Source of the DNA: an uncultured Chloroflexota bacterium | GTDB taxonomy: Bacteria; Chloroflexota; UBA4733 | Reading direction: 5' to 3' | Length of the DNA stretch: 64,000 bases | NCBI GenBank assembly: GCA_937967325.1 | Contig: CALBSQ010000053.1 | Location: 255 to 64,254, forward strand | Shown: positions 9,715 through 19,899 of the stretch, one piece after another | How the letters are laid out: each line of letters opens with the position of its first letter | Position numbering within the stretch: position 1 is the first letter of the stretch | Translations under genes and position numbers: made by a program | Notes under the pieces: generated by a model | Seen by the model: only the letters and a program-made list of their open reading frames with translations | Database searches by the model: none | Told to the model about the DNA's origin: nothing

Positions 9715-11025
9715 ATGGCGACAGTGACGACGACCTCTACACGCGCGCACGAGCTCTACCTACGTGCCCAGCGCTCGCTGGCCGGCGGGGTCAGCAGCTC
9801 CTTCCGCGCCACGGTCACGCCGGAGCCGCTCTTCGTGGACCACGGCGAGGGGGCCTACCTGGTCGACGTAGATGGTGTGCGTTACCTCGACTGCATGCTG
9901 GCTTGGGGGCCGCTCATCCTGGGGCACAGCCACCCGGCCGTCGTGGCTGCCGTGCAGGCGCAGGTTGCGCGGGGCCACATGTATGGCGCGCAGCACGAGT
10001 TGGAGTCGCAGGTCGCCGAGCATATCGTGGCCGCGGTCCCTTGTGCCGACCTGATCACCTTCGCCAGTTCCGGAACCGAGGCCATGCAGGTGGCGCTGCG
10101 CCTGGCGCGATCCTTCACCGGCCGGCCAAAAGTACTTAAGTTCGAGGGCCATTATCACGGCTGGAGCGACGGCGCGCTGGTCAGCTACCATCCGACCCCG
10201 GCGGAGCTGGGGCCGCGCGATACCCCGCGTTCCGTTCCCGGCGCCGGCGGCCAGTCGACCGCCGCGCTGGCCGACGTGGTCGTGCTGCCCTGGAACGATG
10301 CCGGCGCACTGGCGAGCATGCTGGAGCAACGGGCATCGGAGCTTGCCGCCGTAGTAATGGAGCCGGTGCTCTGCAACTCCGGGGTGATCGCTCCTCTCCC
10401 CGGCTATCTGGAGACCGCGCGCACGCTCACGGCGCGACACGGCGTCGTCCTCATCTTCGACGAGGTCATTACGGGCTTCCGTCTCGCGCTCGGCGGCGCT
10501 CAGGAGGCGTTCGGCGTCGTGCCCGACCTGGCCATCTACGCCAAGGCGGTCGCGGCGGGCTTCCCCTTGAGCGTTGTCGCCGGCCGGCGGGACATCATGG
10601 ATCTCATCGCCAGACGCGTGGTTGCCCACAGTGGGACTTACAACGGCAATCCCATCAGCCTGGCGGCGGCGGCCGCCGCGCTGGAGGAGCTGAGCCGTCC
10701 CGGCGTCTACGAGCGCCTCAGCGCGCTCGGACGCGATCTTGCCGATGGCGCCCGAGTGCTGCTGGCCCAACACCGCTTGCCGGCCATCGTCCACCAGGCT
10801 GGGCCGGTGCTGCAGATCCTGTTCACGACGCGGGACGCCGTTCCCGACTACCGCGCGCTGACAGAGTGCGATACCGAGCGCAACGCCGCCTTGACGCGCG
10901 AGCTACGCAGCCACGGTGTGCTTGTTCTTCCCGATGGGCGCTGGTACCTCTCCACGGTACATACTGAGTCGGATATCGCAACGGCGCTCAAGGCGCTCGA
11001 TGCCAGTCTGGCGGCCATCGCGTAG
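9715..11025 (+). CDS. class III (PLP-dependent) aminotransferase, glutamate-1-semialdehyde aminomutase-like
   Basis: YLDCMLAWGPLILGHSHP, FASSGTEAMQVALRLAR, and the PLP-lysine context AIYAKAVAAGFPLS. Confidence 0.85.
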   Translation: MATVTTTSTRAHELYLRAQRSLAGGVSSSFRATVTPEPLFVDHGEGAYLVDVDGVRYLDCMLAWGPLILGHSHPAVVAAVQAQVARGHMYGAQHELESQVAEHIVAAVPCADLITFASSGTEAMQVALRLARSFTGRPKVLKFEGHYHGWSDGALVSYHPTPAELGPRDTPRSVPGAGGQSTAALADVVVLPWNDAGALASMLEQRASELAAVVMEPVLCNSGVIAPLPGYLETARTLTARHGVVLIFDEVITGFRLALGGAQEAFGVVPDLAIYAKAVAAGFPLSVVAGRRDIMDLIARRVVAHSGTYNGNPISLAAAAAALEELSRPGVYERLSALGRDLADGARVLLAQHRLPAIVHQAGPVLQILFTTRDAVPDYRALTECDTERNAALTRELRSHGVLVLPDGRWYLSTVHTESDIATALKALDASLAAIA

Positions 11026-11095
11026 CAAGTAGCCAGGGTGACGCGTCCGGCGCTGTGGGTCTGTCACCATAAACACTGGGCAGAAAGGAGCGCAG

Positions 11096-11488
11096 ATGCG
11101 ACCGAAGGTGCAATGGGAGGAGATGTTCCCCGACGAGCTGGACGCGGCGCTGGCGCGTTGTCCGGTAGGCTACCTGCCGCTGGGCCTGTGCGAGCCCCAC
11201 GGGCTGCATAACGCGCTGGGGCTGGACGCCCTGAAGGCGCCCGCCCAGCCCGCCAGCCGCACGCCGGGCAACCCGCTCGGCGCGCTGACCTTCGGCGAGA
11301 CCGAGCGGCTTTGGCGCGACGAGATTGAGCCGCTGCTGCCGACGTTTGTGTCCACGAATATGTGGCCGAACCAGCAGCGTGTCGACCCGACTTCGACCTG
11401 GGCGCCCAATGAGATGAGCCACCTCGACCTGCTCAAGGGGCGTAGAGCCTCGCCGGTTTACGGCCATTCCGCGAGCCGACACCTGTAG
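11096..11488 (+). pseudogene. creatininase-family fragment (probably truncated or degenerate)
   Basis: The N-terminus CPVGYLPLGLCEPHGLHNALGLDALKA resembles the creatininase metal-site motif. The ORF is only 130 aa and the remainder shows no family features. Confidence 0.35.
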
Positions 11489-11528
11489 ACATCCGGCGCG
11501 AGCGGCAGTGATGCGCTACCATGCGGCC

Positions 11529-12017
11529 ATGAAAACGCTACACGCGCTCGTCCGCTACAACGCCTGGGGCAACCGTCGCGTCTTCGACGTCGTCACCGCC
11601 CTCGAACAGCCCCTCCTGACAGAGCAGGCTAGGGGCACCATCGGCTCCATCGAGGAGACCCTCAAGCATCTCGTCGGCGTGGAAGAGGTCTACCTGCTGA
11701 TGCTTCAGGGGCGCGACTTCAACAGCCTGGAGCCGCGGGAGGCCTACTATGCCCACGAACTGACCTGGTTCCGAGTGCGATCGGCCGAGCTGGGGAGCGC
11801 CTACGAGGAGTGGGTGGCCGGCATCAATGACAGCTCTCTGGAGTGGCCGCTGAACATCACCTGGATCGATGTACCCCTCACGGCGAACGATGGCCTGGTG
11901 CAGATGCTGACCCACTCCGCGCACCACCGCGCGCAAGTGTTCTCGACGCTGGGCGACCGGGGGCGGACGGTGCCGGACCTCGACTACGTCGAAATGCTGA
12001 AGGAAGCCGCCGGCTAA
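11529..12017 (+). CDS. DinB family protein
   Basis: MKTLHALVRYNAWGNRRVFDVV...LTHSAHHRAQV is the typical DinB/YfiT four-helix pattern. Confidence 0.8.
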   Translation: MKTLHALVRYNAWGNRRVFDVVTALEQPLLTEQARGTIGSIEETLKHLVGVEEVYLLMLQGRDFNSLEPREAYYAHELTWFRVRSAELGSAYEEWVAGINDSSLEWPLNITWIDVPLTANDGLVQMLTHSAHHRAQVFSTLGDRGRTVPDLDYVEMLKEAAG

Positions 12018-12130
12018 AGCGCCGGTCAGTGCTCGACAGCCTGGACGATGATATGGCACTATGGAAGGAGTAGGCTGGGCGTCGTGTCGCGCCCGATACA
12101 GATCGACATTCTCAGGGGAAGGCAGGGGCC

Positions 12131-12499
12131 ATGGTTATCCACGCCGCGTTGCAGGATGATATTGCCCAGCTCTCCCCGTCCTACCTCGTTCGTTACCTAA
12201 TCGACGTGGTTGGCGCACCATTAGTGGCGGTCATGGCAGGAGTCCGCTCCGCTGGGGAGGTCGAGCGATGGTCCAGCGGGCAACAGGCGCCGGAGCCTGA
12301 TGCCGAACGGCGACTGCGCGACGCCTATCGCGTCGTGCAAACTCTGTTGGAAGCTGACGGGCCCGATGTGGTACGGGGCTGGCTGATAGGCATGAACCCG
12401 ATGCTAGAAGATCAAGCCCCTGGGCTGGTTCTGGCGGATGATCCGGACAGCGTCCTCTTCGCTGCTCGTGCCTACCGTTACGGGCAGATGGGCGCCTGA
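12131..12499 (+). CDS. Xre/MbcA/ParS-like antitoxin (DUF2384-type toxin-binding domain)
   Basis: C-terminal GWLIGMNPMLEDQAPGLVLADDPDSVLFAARAY. Sits immediately upstream of the RES gene with a 5-nt gap. Confidence 0.6.
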   Translation: MVIHAALQDDIAQLSPSYLVRYLIDVVGAPLVAVMAGVRSAGEVERWSSGQQAPEPDAERRLRDAYRVVQTLLEADGPDVVRGWLIGMNPMLEDQAPGLVLADDPDSVLFAARAYRYGQMGA

Positions 12500-12504
12500 G
12501 GGCC

Positions 12505-13140
12505 GTGCGCACGGCCGCGGCCCCGGCGCGGCCACGGTACCGGATTGGGCCACGCCCTGATCCCGTGCAGTGGCCACCCTGGTCCGTGGTCGGCCGAGGT
12601 CGCTTCGATGATCCGCGTTCCCGGTTCCGCGTACTCTACGCGGCTGCGCAACGCCGAGGCTGTTTCATCGAGACTCTGGCGGCCTTTCGGCCGGCGCTCG
12701 CAATGCTCATTCGCCTCGCGGACCTGGCGGGCACTTCCGCGTCTGTTCCGCTCGTCCCGCTGCCCACCGGATGGGAGCATCAACTCGCGGTCGAGCGGTT
12801 GCGCCTGGAGCCCGGTCAACATTGGCTGGACTTGCGCGATCTCGGCACACGCGAAAGGCTCCGCGTTGCGCTGGCGCCGACGTTGGTTCAACTTGGTTTG
12901 GCGGATCTGGATGCCGGCACGATCCGGGAGCCGCGACGCGCGGTCACCCAAGCCATCACGTCGTGGGCGTACGAGCACGGCTTTCAAGGGATCGTCTATC
13001 CGAGCCGCCTGGACGATCGCGTCACCTGCTGGGCGATCTTCGAAGGAGCGGCGTTTCAGCCGGTCGGCACTCCACAGTCCATTGGCCGCGATGATCCGGA
13101 TCTGCGAGCGACGGCTACCCTATTCGGTCTGTCCCTCTAG
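12505..13140 (+). CDS. RES domain toxin (MbcT/ParT-like NAD-targeting family)
   Basis: GTG start. GRGRFDDPRSRFRVLYAAAQRRGCFIETL carries the R and E, and GFQGIVYPSRLD carries the S, of the RES signature. Confidence 0.8.
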   Translation: MRTAAAPARPRYRIGPRPDPVQWPPWSVVGRGRFDDPRSRFRVLYAAAQRRGCFIETLAAFRPALAMLIRLADLAGTSASVPLVPLPTGWEHQLAVERLRLEPGQHWLDLRDLGTRERLRVALAPTLVQLGLADLDAGTIREPRRAVTQAITSWAYEHGFQGIVYPSRLDDRVTCWAIFEGAAFQPVGTPQSIGRDDPDLRATATLFGLSL

Positions 13141-13338
13141 GGGACCGTCCCATGCGGGTAATCGGTTGACTGCTCGAGCCACGGTCCAGTGAGGGATGCT
13201 GCGAAGCTACCATCTGGTCACGACTGGCAATTCACAGGTGGCGTTACGGCCGCCTTGATGACCGGCGGTCGGCATGCTCGGTGGCGGGTCTCGCGCATCG
13301 ATGGCCCGCTCGTCTGGCCGCCAATGCCTGCCGCGGTG

Positions 13339-14546
13339 TCATTCAGGGCGCGTGGACCCGCCCGGGCGGGCGATGCCGCGGCCCGGTAGAGTCTCGACAA
13401 GCCGCTCGCGCAGCGCCGCGAGATCGGCCGCCTCCACGCCGCCGGCCCGGAAGTAGGCTTCGGCACCGCCATGGCGCGCTGTGAGATAGGTGAGCGTATC
13501 CATCATCACCTCCGGGCGGGCCAACTGGAGCTGCCGTTGGCGCTCCCGCTCGTCGGGTCGTCCGGCGCTGCCTCGGCCAGCCAGCGGTCGAGCTCACGCT
13601 GCAAGCAGGTGGAGCTGAGCGCGTAGTCCGCCGCGATCACCTCGTCCGGAACACCAATGAGGCCCAGCAGGAGCGCAGCCACGATACCGGTGCGGTCCTT
13701 CCCGGCGTGGCAGTGGACGAGCACGCCGCCGGTCGGCGCCTGGGCGATGGTGGTGGCGATGCCAGCCAGCCAGCGCGGATTGGCGTCGAGCTCTAGCCGG
13801 TTGGCGTCGGCCCGCGTGCGCACCGCCGCGTTCTCGAAGTCGATCAGCACCGTCCGCGGGCCGGCGACGAGCACGTTCTCCGGGCGGACGTCCCCCGGAT
13901 CGAGTACCAGCGGCGAGGCGGCGAGGGCATCGGCGAAAGGTCCGGCCAAGTGCAGCGCCCGCTCGCGCATCATCGTCGAGAGCAGTCGGGAATGGCCGGC
14001 AAGCGCTTCCTGGTAGACGCTCAGTAGCTCTGATCGCTCGATTGGATTAGGAGTTGCCTCACCGCCCAACGCTCCCACCGCCGCGGCGCCGAGGATTTCC
14101 TGCATTGTGGCGCCGGCAAAATGACGATGGAAGCGGGCCAGCGCCGCCATCGCCCGGTCGCGGCTCGCCGGTTCGTGGCCGTCCGCGTGCGTCCCGCCGA
14201 CGTCCTCCAGCGCCAGCAGGTGGGTATCGCCTATCGTCGCGCTCGCCGCGTATCGCGGCACGAGATCGCCGGCGCGTGGCAGCGCATGGCGATAGAGCAA
14301 CGTCTCCCGGTCGCTGGTCCGGTCGTTGCGCTCCTTCACGATCAGCGTCCGGCCCGACATCAGAGTCACCCGCTCGACGACGCGGCCACGACCATCCTCA
14401 GTCCGCCGCTGCAGGACAGCGCGGCTGCGGATATGGTTATCAGCAGGGAACGCGGTGACAAGCAATGCCGCGATCACCGGGGGAGGCGCGTGCAGGTCCA
14501 ACTCGGGCCATTCCGTCTCGCGAGGAGGCTCCGACGTTCGCTTCAA
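13339..14546 (-). pseudogene. chimeric ORF: kinase-like (APH-fold) N-part fused to a truncated, frameshifted tyrosine phosphatase
   Basis: LDPGDVRPENVLVAGPRTVLIDFENAAV (APH-type catalytic and metal loops) is followed within about 35 aa by VLVHCHAGKDRTG (CX5R PTP loop). The PTP C-terminus (ARPEVMMDTLTYLTARHGGAEAYFRAGGVEAADLAALRERL) continues in another frame (13339..13524). A TTG start at 14546 overlaps the Uma2 stop (TTGA). Confidence 0.55.
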
Positions 14547-15109
14547 TAGGGCGCGAAGAGGTCGCCGATCTGCACCGCGAAGCCGGGGAGCAAGGGGGAC
14601 TGCAGGACATCGTCCGCCAGCAGCGTGGCGACCAGCTCCAGGCGGGCCTCCCGGCGCCGGTAGACTTGCAGCGCGCGGCGCTGCCAATCGACGATCCAGT
14701 ACTCGCGCACGCCTTGCCGCGAGTACAGGCTGAGCTTGGTCTCGCGGTCGCGCCGCTCGTTCTCGGCGCCGGGGGACAGCAGCTCCACGATCAGGTCCGG
14801 CGCGGCGTGGAGCTTGCCGTCCTCGCCCAGAACCGCGTCCAGGCGCTCGGCGCTGACCCAGACCACGTCGGGAGCCACGGCAGTGTCGTTGGCGAAGATC
14901 ACGCCGGGCGCGTCGATCACCATGCCGGCGCCGGACTGCCGGTTCCACGACCAAAGGAGGGAGATCACATTCGCTGCCCCGGACTGATGGCGCCAGTGCG
15001 GTTGGGTCGACACGTACAGTTCTCCATCGATGAGCTCGTAACGCTGGTCGTCCAGTGGCGTCGGAAAGCCTTCGAGATCGTGGATGGTCATGCCCAGTGC
15101 CGTGGCCAC
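14543..15109 (-). CDS. Uma2 family (DUF820) endonuclease
   Basis: YELIDGELYV...APDLIVELLSPGAENERRDRETKLSLYSRQGVREYWIVD carries the PD-(D/E)xK-like Uma2 signature. Confidence 0.85.
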   Translation of the reverse strand: MATALGMTIHDLEGFPTPLDDQRYELIDGELYVSTQPHWRHQSGAANVISLLWSWNRQSGAGMVIDAPGVIFANDTAVAPDVVWVSAERLDAVLGEDGKLHAAPDLIVELLSPGAENERRDRETKLSLYSRQGVREYWIVDWQRRALQVYRRREARLELVATLLADDVLQSPLLPGFAVQIGDLFAPY

Positions 15110-15168
15110 GTCGTCACCCCGTCCTATTCAGTCCTGCGATGGCAGGGCAGACGACAGTATAGCGGTCT

Positions 15169-15820
15169 CTACGCCCGCCCCGCGGCGAGCAGGGCCGCGC
15201 TCGCAGGCAGAGGCGCCGGATGGTCGAGCACTGCCGGTCCGTCCTCCGCTCCCGTGCGCGCCAAGGACAGGCCGCCGGACCAGGCGCCGTTGCTGCCGCC
15301 GCTCGGATAGGGGCAGGGACCGCCCCAGAACTGGAAGGAGTTGGAGGCTTGCTTGAAGCCCACCATGGCGCCGTCCCAGGAGCTCATCATGGCGATCTTC
15401 TGGTCCGCCGCGAACTCCTTGGTGTCGCCGTCCTTCCAGCCGGCATCGGTGAACGCCTTGGGCGTGCCGTACTGCTTGGCGTAGCCCGCGATCCAGTCGA
15501 AGGCCTTGACGTTCTCAGGGCGGTTGAGCGTCGGCTTGGAGGTCTTGTCGTCGAAGTAGTCGCCGCCGAAGATCCAGATCCAGCCGTAGGTGTACCAGTT
15601 GCCCGTCCAGGGGAGCAGGCCGACGTGGTCAGGCGGCGCTCGAGGCCGTCGTCGCGGCTAAGGCTGCAGCGGTCGTCGCCGGCGCGCTCGTGTCGGCGGA
15701 CGAGCTGGTGGCGGAGGAGCCGCTGGCGCCGCACGCGGCGAGCAACGCCGCCAGCGCGGTGCCGCCGGCGGCCGCGCCGGTCAGGCGCAGGAGGTGACGG
15801 CGAGTCAGGAAATGAGCCAT
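15169..15820 (-). pseudogene. remnant of an ABC substrate-binding lipoprotein gene
   Basis: A signal, lipobox and linker (TRRHLLRLTGAAAGGTALAALLAACGAS..., 15629..15820) is followed in a different frame by an internal SBP segment (DHVGLLPWTGNWYTYGWIWIFGGDYFDDKTSKPTLNRPENVKAFDWIAGYAKQYG...). Most of the N-lobe and the C-terminus are missing. Confidence 0.6.
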
Positions 15821-16138
15821 GGAGCCTTGCCCTCTCTTATCGCTCGCAGCCAGTTCCCGGCGGCTGCCGCCATGCCCGACTCGGCTCGCACACCGTTCAG
15901 CCGCGCCGGGCGGTTGGTATGCACCGATCGTATCCGCCGTGGAGCGCCGCGTGATCCTGCCGTGAACGACCGAGCGATCAACATCTGTGGCAACTCCTGT
16001 GCCAACGCCGCGGAGACCGCTTTAGCGGCTACCGCCGCTCACACTCTCCACTCCGCATGCCCCGCCAGGGTTGGCAGGGCGTGCCGGCCCTGGCGGGCAA
16101 TCATCAAGCGCCAATCTCCTCCCGATTTCGGGCCATCC

Positions 16139-16690
16139 ATGGCCGATAATGGCATTGAGCTCAAGTACCAGAGGAAGGATGAGCCGGGTATGACGCCAGT
16201 GCCGAAATCACCTCCCATCTCCCAAGAGCTAGCCGCGCGTCTGCGGCTGGACGTATATCCCCGCTCCGCGACCTACGACCCAGTCTGGATGCTCGAGAAC
16301 TTGATGGGGCCGAACGCCGTCTGGCTGGCCGAGGCGCTGAGCCAGGTGATGGACCTCCAGCCGGGCATGCGCGTGCTCGACATGGGCTGCGGGCGCGCCA
16401 TCAGCTCCATCTTCTTTGCCAAGGAGTTCGGGCTGCAGGTTTGGGCGACGGACCTGTGGATCGGCGCAGCGACAACTGGGAGCGCATCTGCGCGGCGGGG
16501 CTGCGGGAGCGTATCCTCCCGATCCACGCAGAGGCGCACGCCCTCCCCTTCGCCGATGGCTTCTTCGACGCACTGGTCAGTCTCGACGCCTACCACTACT
16601 TCGGCACCGACGACCTCTACCTGAGCCGCTACGCCCGGCTGGTGCAGCCCGGTGGTCAGATCGGCATTATCGTGCCCGGCCTGCGCGCTG
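16139..16690 (+). pseudogene. class I SAM methyltransferase, frameshifted and 3'-truncated
   Basis: MRVLDMGCGRAISSIFFAKEFGLQVWATDLWI lies in one frame. DNWERICAAGLRERILPIHAEAHALPFADGFFDALVSLDAYHYFG...LVQPGGQIGIIVPGL lies in another, with the shift near 16458-16470. The 3' end runs into the antisense of the next fragment. Confidence 0.6.
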
Positions 16691-16694
16691 ACCT

Positions 16695-17247
16695 CATGGG
16701 TCATGAAGCCGTAGGCGTAGCGCATCCCGGGCATGTCGCTCTCCACCTTGCCCGTCGTGACCAGGTCGGTAGTGGCGGGGTTGAGCAGCTGGTGGGTTTG
16801 CAAGGCGACGGCAAAACGTAGCAGGTCACTCACGGTACCGTAGCCGCCGCCCGCCGGCCCGCCCTTCATTTGGAGTAATGCCCAGTTGTTCCGGCGCGGT
16901 CCGGCCAGGGACTGTCCCTGCTCATCCCGTGTGGTGTAGCCGACTGCCCGGTTGGCAACATCGCTATCAGGGTCGTAGCAGTTGGTATCGGCCATGCCCG
17001 CCCGCTCGAAGACGTGCTCGCGGATGTAGTCGAAATAGCCCTGGCCGCTGGCGCGTTGGACGATGAGGCCCAGCACCAGGAATCCGGCGTTACTGTAGGC
17101 CCACCCCGAACCCGGCGGAAATGCCGGCGGCCTATCGATGAACTGCGAAAGGTAGTCCTCGGGCGCCCGGAGCCGGCTCCTGGCGGCGGTCGCGGAGCTG
17201 GATGTCGGCCTCCATTTCGCTGGCGCTCATGCAGTACTCCCACCTCC
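16695..17247 (-). pseudogene. C-terminal fragment of a beta-lactamase-family serine hydrolase
   Basis: EDYLSQFIDRPPAFPPGSGWAYSNAGFLVLGLIVQRASGQGYFDYIREHVFERAGM...GGGYGTVSDLLRF. The N-terminal SxxK region is absent. An upstream in-frame stop lies near 17250 and there is no proper 3' end. Confidence 0.6.
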
Positions 17248-17301
17248 GTACGGACTCGATCATACACGCGGTATACCTGTAGTTGTGTTGGGAGAGGACT
17301 G

Positions 17302-18315
17302 ATGCTGGACCAGGCCGCGCACGAGCCATGGCTGAGGCAGGACTGGCTGGCCCACGCCACTGCCTGGATTGACGGCGCGCTGGAGCACAACGGACTCCGC
17401 GTCAGCGGCGCGATTGAGCGACTGCACGCGGGTCGCTGGTCCACGGTCCTGCGGGCGCCAACGCGCGATGGCGACGTCTACTTCAAGGCGAGCGTACCAC
17501 TCCCCACCTACGAGCCGGCCCTCACCGCGGCGCTCGCACGCCGGCGGCCCGACTGCATCGTGCGCGTGCTCGCTGCCGACGCGCAGCGCGGCTGGTTGCT
17601 GACGGCCCACGGCGGGATGAGACTCCGCGAGGTCATCCGGTCCGACCGCGATCTCGGGCACTGGCTTCGGTTGCTGCCGATGTATGCGGCGCTACAGCTC
17701 GAGATGGGCGGCCGCGTCGATGAGCTGCTGGCGCTTGGCGTGCCGGATCGGCGCCTGGCGCTGCTACCGGCCGGGTATGAGCGGTTGCTTGCCGACCGTG
17801 CCGCGCTGCACCTCGGTCAACCCTGGGGTCTCACGCTTGAGGAGCAGCAGGGCCTGCGGATGCTCATATCCCGCTTTACCGCGCTCTGCTCAGAGCTAGC
17901 CGGCTATCAGCTTCCCGCGACGCTCCACCACGGCGACCTCCACGATGGCAACGTCCTCGTCCACGGTGGCCGCTATCGCTTTTTCGACTGGGGCAACAGC
18001 GTGGTGGCGCATCCCTTCTTCAGCCTGCGCACCACGCTCAAGAGCGCGCGCTACACCTTCGATCTCGGCGATGATGCCGGAGAGCTCGCGCGGCTTCGGG
18101 ATTGTTACCTGGAGCCGTGGCTGCGCTATGCCTCACGGCGTGACCTGCTGGTGGCGCTCGAACTAGCCCATAGCGTGGGGATGGTGAGCAACGCGCTGAC
18201 TTGGTACGACGTCCTGTCGCGTCCCGCCATCCCGCACCGCGAAGACGATGATGAGCCGGTCCCACGATTGCTACGCGAGTTCCTGCATGCGCAGACCAAT
18301 ATGGCTGCTCGGTAA
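17302..18315 (+). CDS. aminoglycoside/choline-kinase-like phosphotransferase (APH family)
   Basis: ATG 17302 after GGAGAGG. LHHGDLHDGNVLVHGGRYRFFDWGNS carries the HxDxxxxN and DxG-type loops. Confidence 0.8.
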   Translation: MLDQAAHEPWLRQDWLAHATAWIDGALEHNGLRVSGAIERLHAGRWSTVLRAPTRDGDVYFKASVPLPTYEPALTAALARRRPDCIVRVLAADAQRGWLLTAHGGMRLREVIRSDRDLGHWLRLLPMYAALQLEMGGRVDELLALGVPDRRLALLPAGYERLLADRAALHLGQPWGLTLEEQQGLRMLISRFTALCSELAGYQLPATLHHGDLHDGNVLVHGGRYRFFDWGNSVVAHPFFSLRTTLKSARYTFDLGDDAGELARLRDCYLEPWLRYASRRDLLVALELAHSVGMVSNALTWYDVLSRPAIPHREDDDEPVPRLLREFLHAQTNMAAR

Positions 18316-18442
18316 CAGGGTGGCCGGCGCATTGCTTGGGCGCCCTCTGCGTATAATGGTCGCGCTCGTCACTAGGAGTATTCCGATTGCCCTGAGTGGG
18401 CTCGCGGGCCAGTCCAGATTCATCGTTTCGCAAAGGAGAAGG

Positions 18443-19876
18443 ATGGTGCAAGTCCCGCGTTCGCGCCGGCAGTTCCTAGTTGCCCTGAAGTCGGCCATGA
18501 GTATCGGCCTGCTCACGGCGTGCGGTGGGTCCCCGCAGAACGGCGCGGCGAGCGTCCCGGTTACGAGCGCCGCCAGCACACCCGCCAGGAGCGCCGCGAC
18601 CAGGTCGTCCGGCAGCGCGGTGACCGCGAGCCAGCTCGCGAGCTCATCCGCTGCCGCCCAGGCGCCCGCGGCGGGGCAGACCACCATCCGCCTGGCCCAC
18701 TGGCAGAGCGGGTTGAGCGCGCAGCTCTTCGACAAGGTGTACACGCGCTTCCAACAGCTCACCCCGGCGATCAAGATCACGCAGGAGGTCACCCCCTTCG
18801 CCCAGTTCTTTCAGCGCCTCTTGACCGGCTTCGCCGGCGGGACCGCGCCGGACTGCTTCCACAGCAGCGGCAACTACGTGGTCGAGTTTGCCCAAAAAGG
18901 GACGCTCCTTGATCTCAGCTCCATCATCACTTCGAACAAGGTGGACTTCAGTGGCATCTGGGTCGAGGACAGCGAGATGAAGTACCAGGGGAAGTGGTAC
19001 GCGGTGCCGACCTGGAACACGGACGACATCCTGTACTACAACAAAACGGCCTTCCAGAACGCCGGGGTCGCCGAGCCGACCGACGACTGGACCTGGAATG
19101 ACATGCTGGCGGCGGCGCAGAAGCTGACCACGCGTGGGTCCGACGGCACGGTAAGCCTGTGGGGCGTCCAGATTCCTAACAGCGTCCAGGGTGGCTGGGC
19201 CTCGATGATCTATGCCAATGGCGGCGACTACATGAACGCCGAACAGACCAAGACGACGCTCGACCAGCCCGGGGCGCTCGGCGCCTTGCAGTTCATCTAC
19301 GAGCTCATGCAGATACACCGCGTGATGCCCACGGCGGTCGATACCGCTGAGCTTGCCAAGGCCGGCGTGACCGATCCACTCACCGCCGGCCGGTTTGCGA
19401 TGTATACAGCCATCACGTCCAATGTGCCCAACTACACCGCGAGCGCGAAGTTCGATTGGGACATTGCCCTGATCCCGAAGAGCCCCACCACGGGCAAGAA
19501 CGGCTCCGCCTACATCGTGCAACCGTCGAGCATCACCGGCACTACCAAAAATGCCGATAAGTGCTTCCAGCTCCTCCAGTTCACGATGAATGCCGAGGCG
19601 CAGCAGATCCTGGCGACCGACAAGGTGAAGTTCCCCGTCAACATCGCGGCCGCGTCGGACGCGCACGGCGGATACAGCACGCCGCCGCCGGCCCACATCG
19701 GCCGAGCGGTGGAGACGATGAGCTTCGCCAAGCCGTTCCACTTCTTCGCCACGGGCGCCGACTTCCAGACGAAACTGCAGAACGAGCTCAACAAAGCCTA
19801 TCTCGGCCAGACCACGATGGACCAGGCGGCGAAGCAGGCTGTTACCGCCGGCGACGGGGTGCTTGCTCAGGGCTGA
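18443..19876 (+). CDS. ABC transporter substrate-binding lipoprotein, orphan
   Basis: ATG 18443 after AAGGAGAAGG. SRRQFLVALKSAMSIGLLTACGGS, a Ser/Ala linker and an SBP body. TATAAT lies at 18352-18357 upstream. Confidence 0.85.
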   Translation: MVQVPRSRRQFLVALKSAMSIGLLTACGGSPQNGAASVPVTSAASTPARSAATRSSGSAVTASQLASSSAAAQAPAAGQTTIRLAHWQSGLSAQLFDKVYTRFQQLTPAIKITQEVTPFAQFFQRLLTGFAGGTAPDCFHSSGNYVVEFAQKGTLLDLSSIITSNKVDFSGIWVEDSEMKYQGKWYAVPTWNTDDILYYNKTAFQNAGVAEPTDDWTWNDMLAAAQKLTTRGSDGTVSLWGVQIPNSVQGGWASMIYANGGDYMNAEQTKTTLDQPGALGALQFIYELMQIHRVMPTAVDTAELAKAGVTDPLTAGRFAMYTAITSNVPNYTASAKFDWDIALIPKSPTTGKNGSAYIVQPSSITGTTKNADKCFQLLQFTMNAEAQQILATDKVKFPVNIAAASDAHGGYSTPPPAHIGRAVETMSFAKPFHFFATGADFQTKLQNELNKAYLGQTTMDQAAKQAVTAGDGVLAQG

Positions 19877-19899
19877 GGCTGTCGCCACGGGCCGACCGT

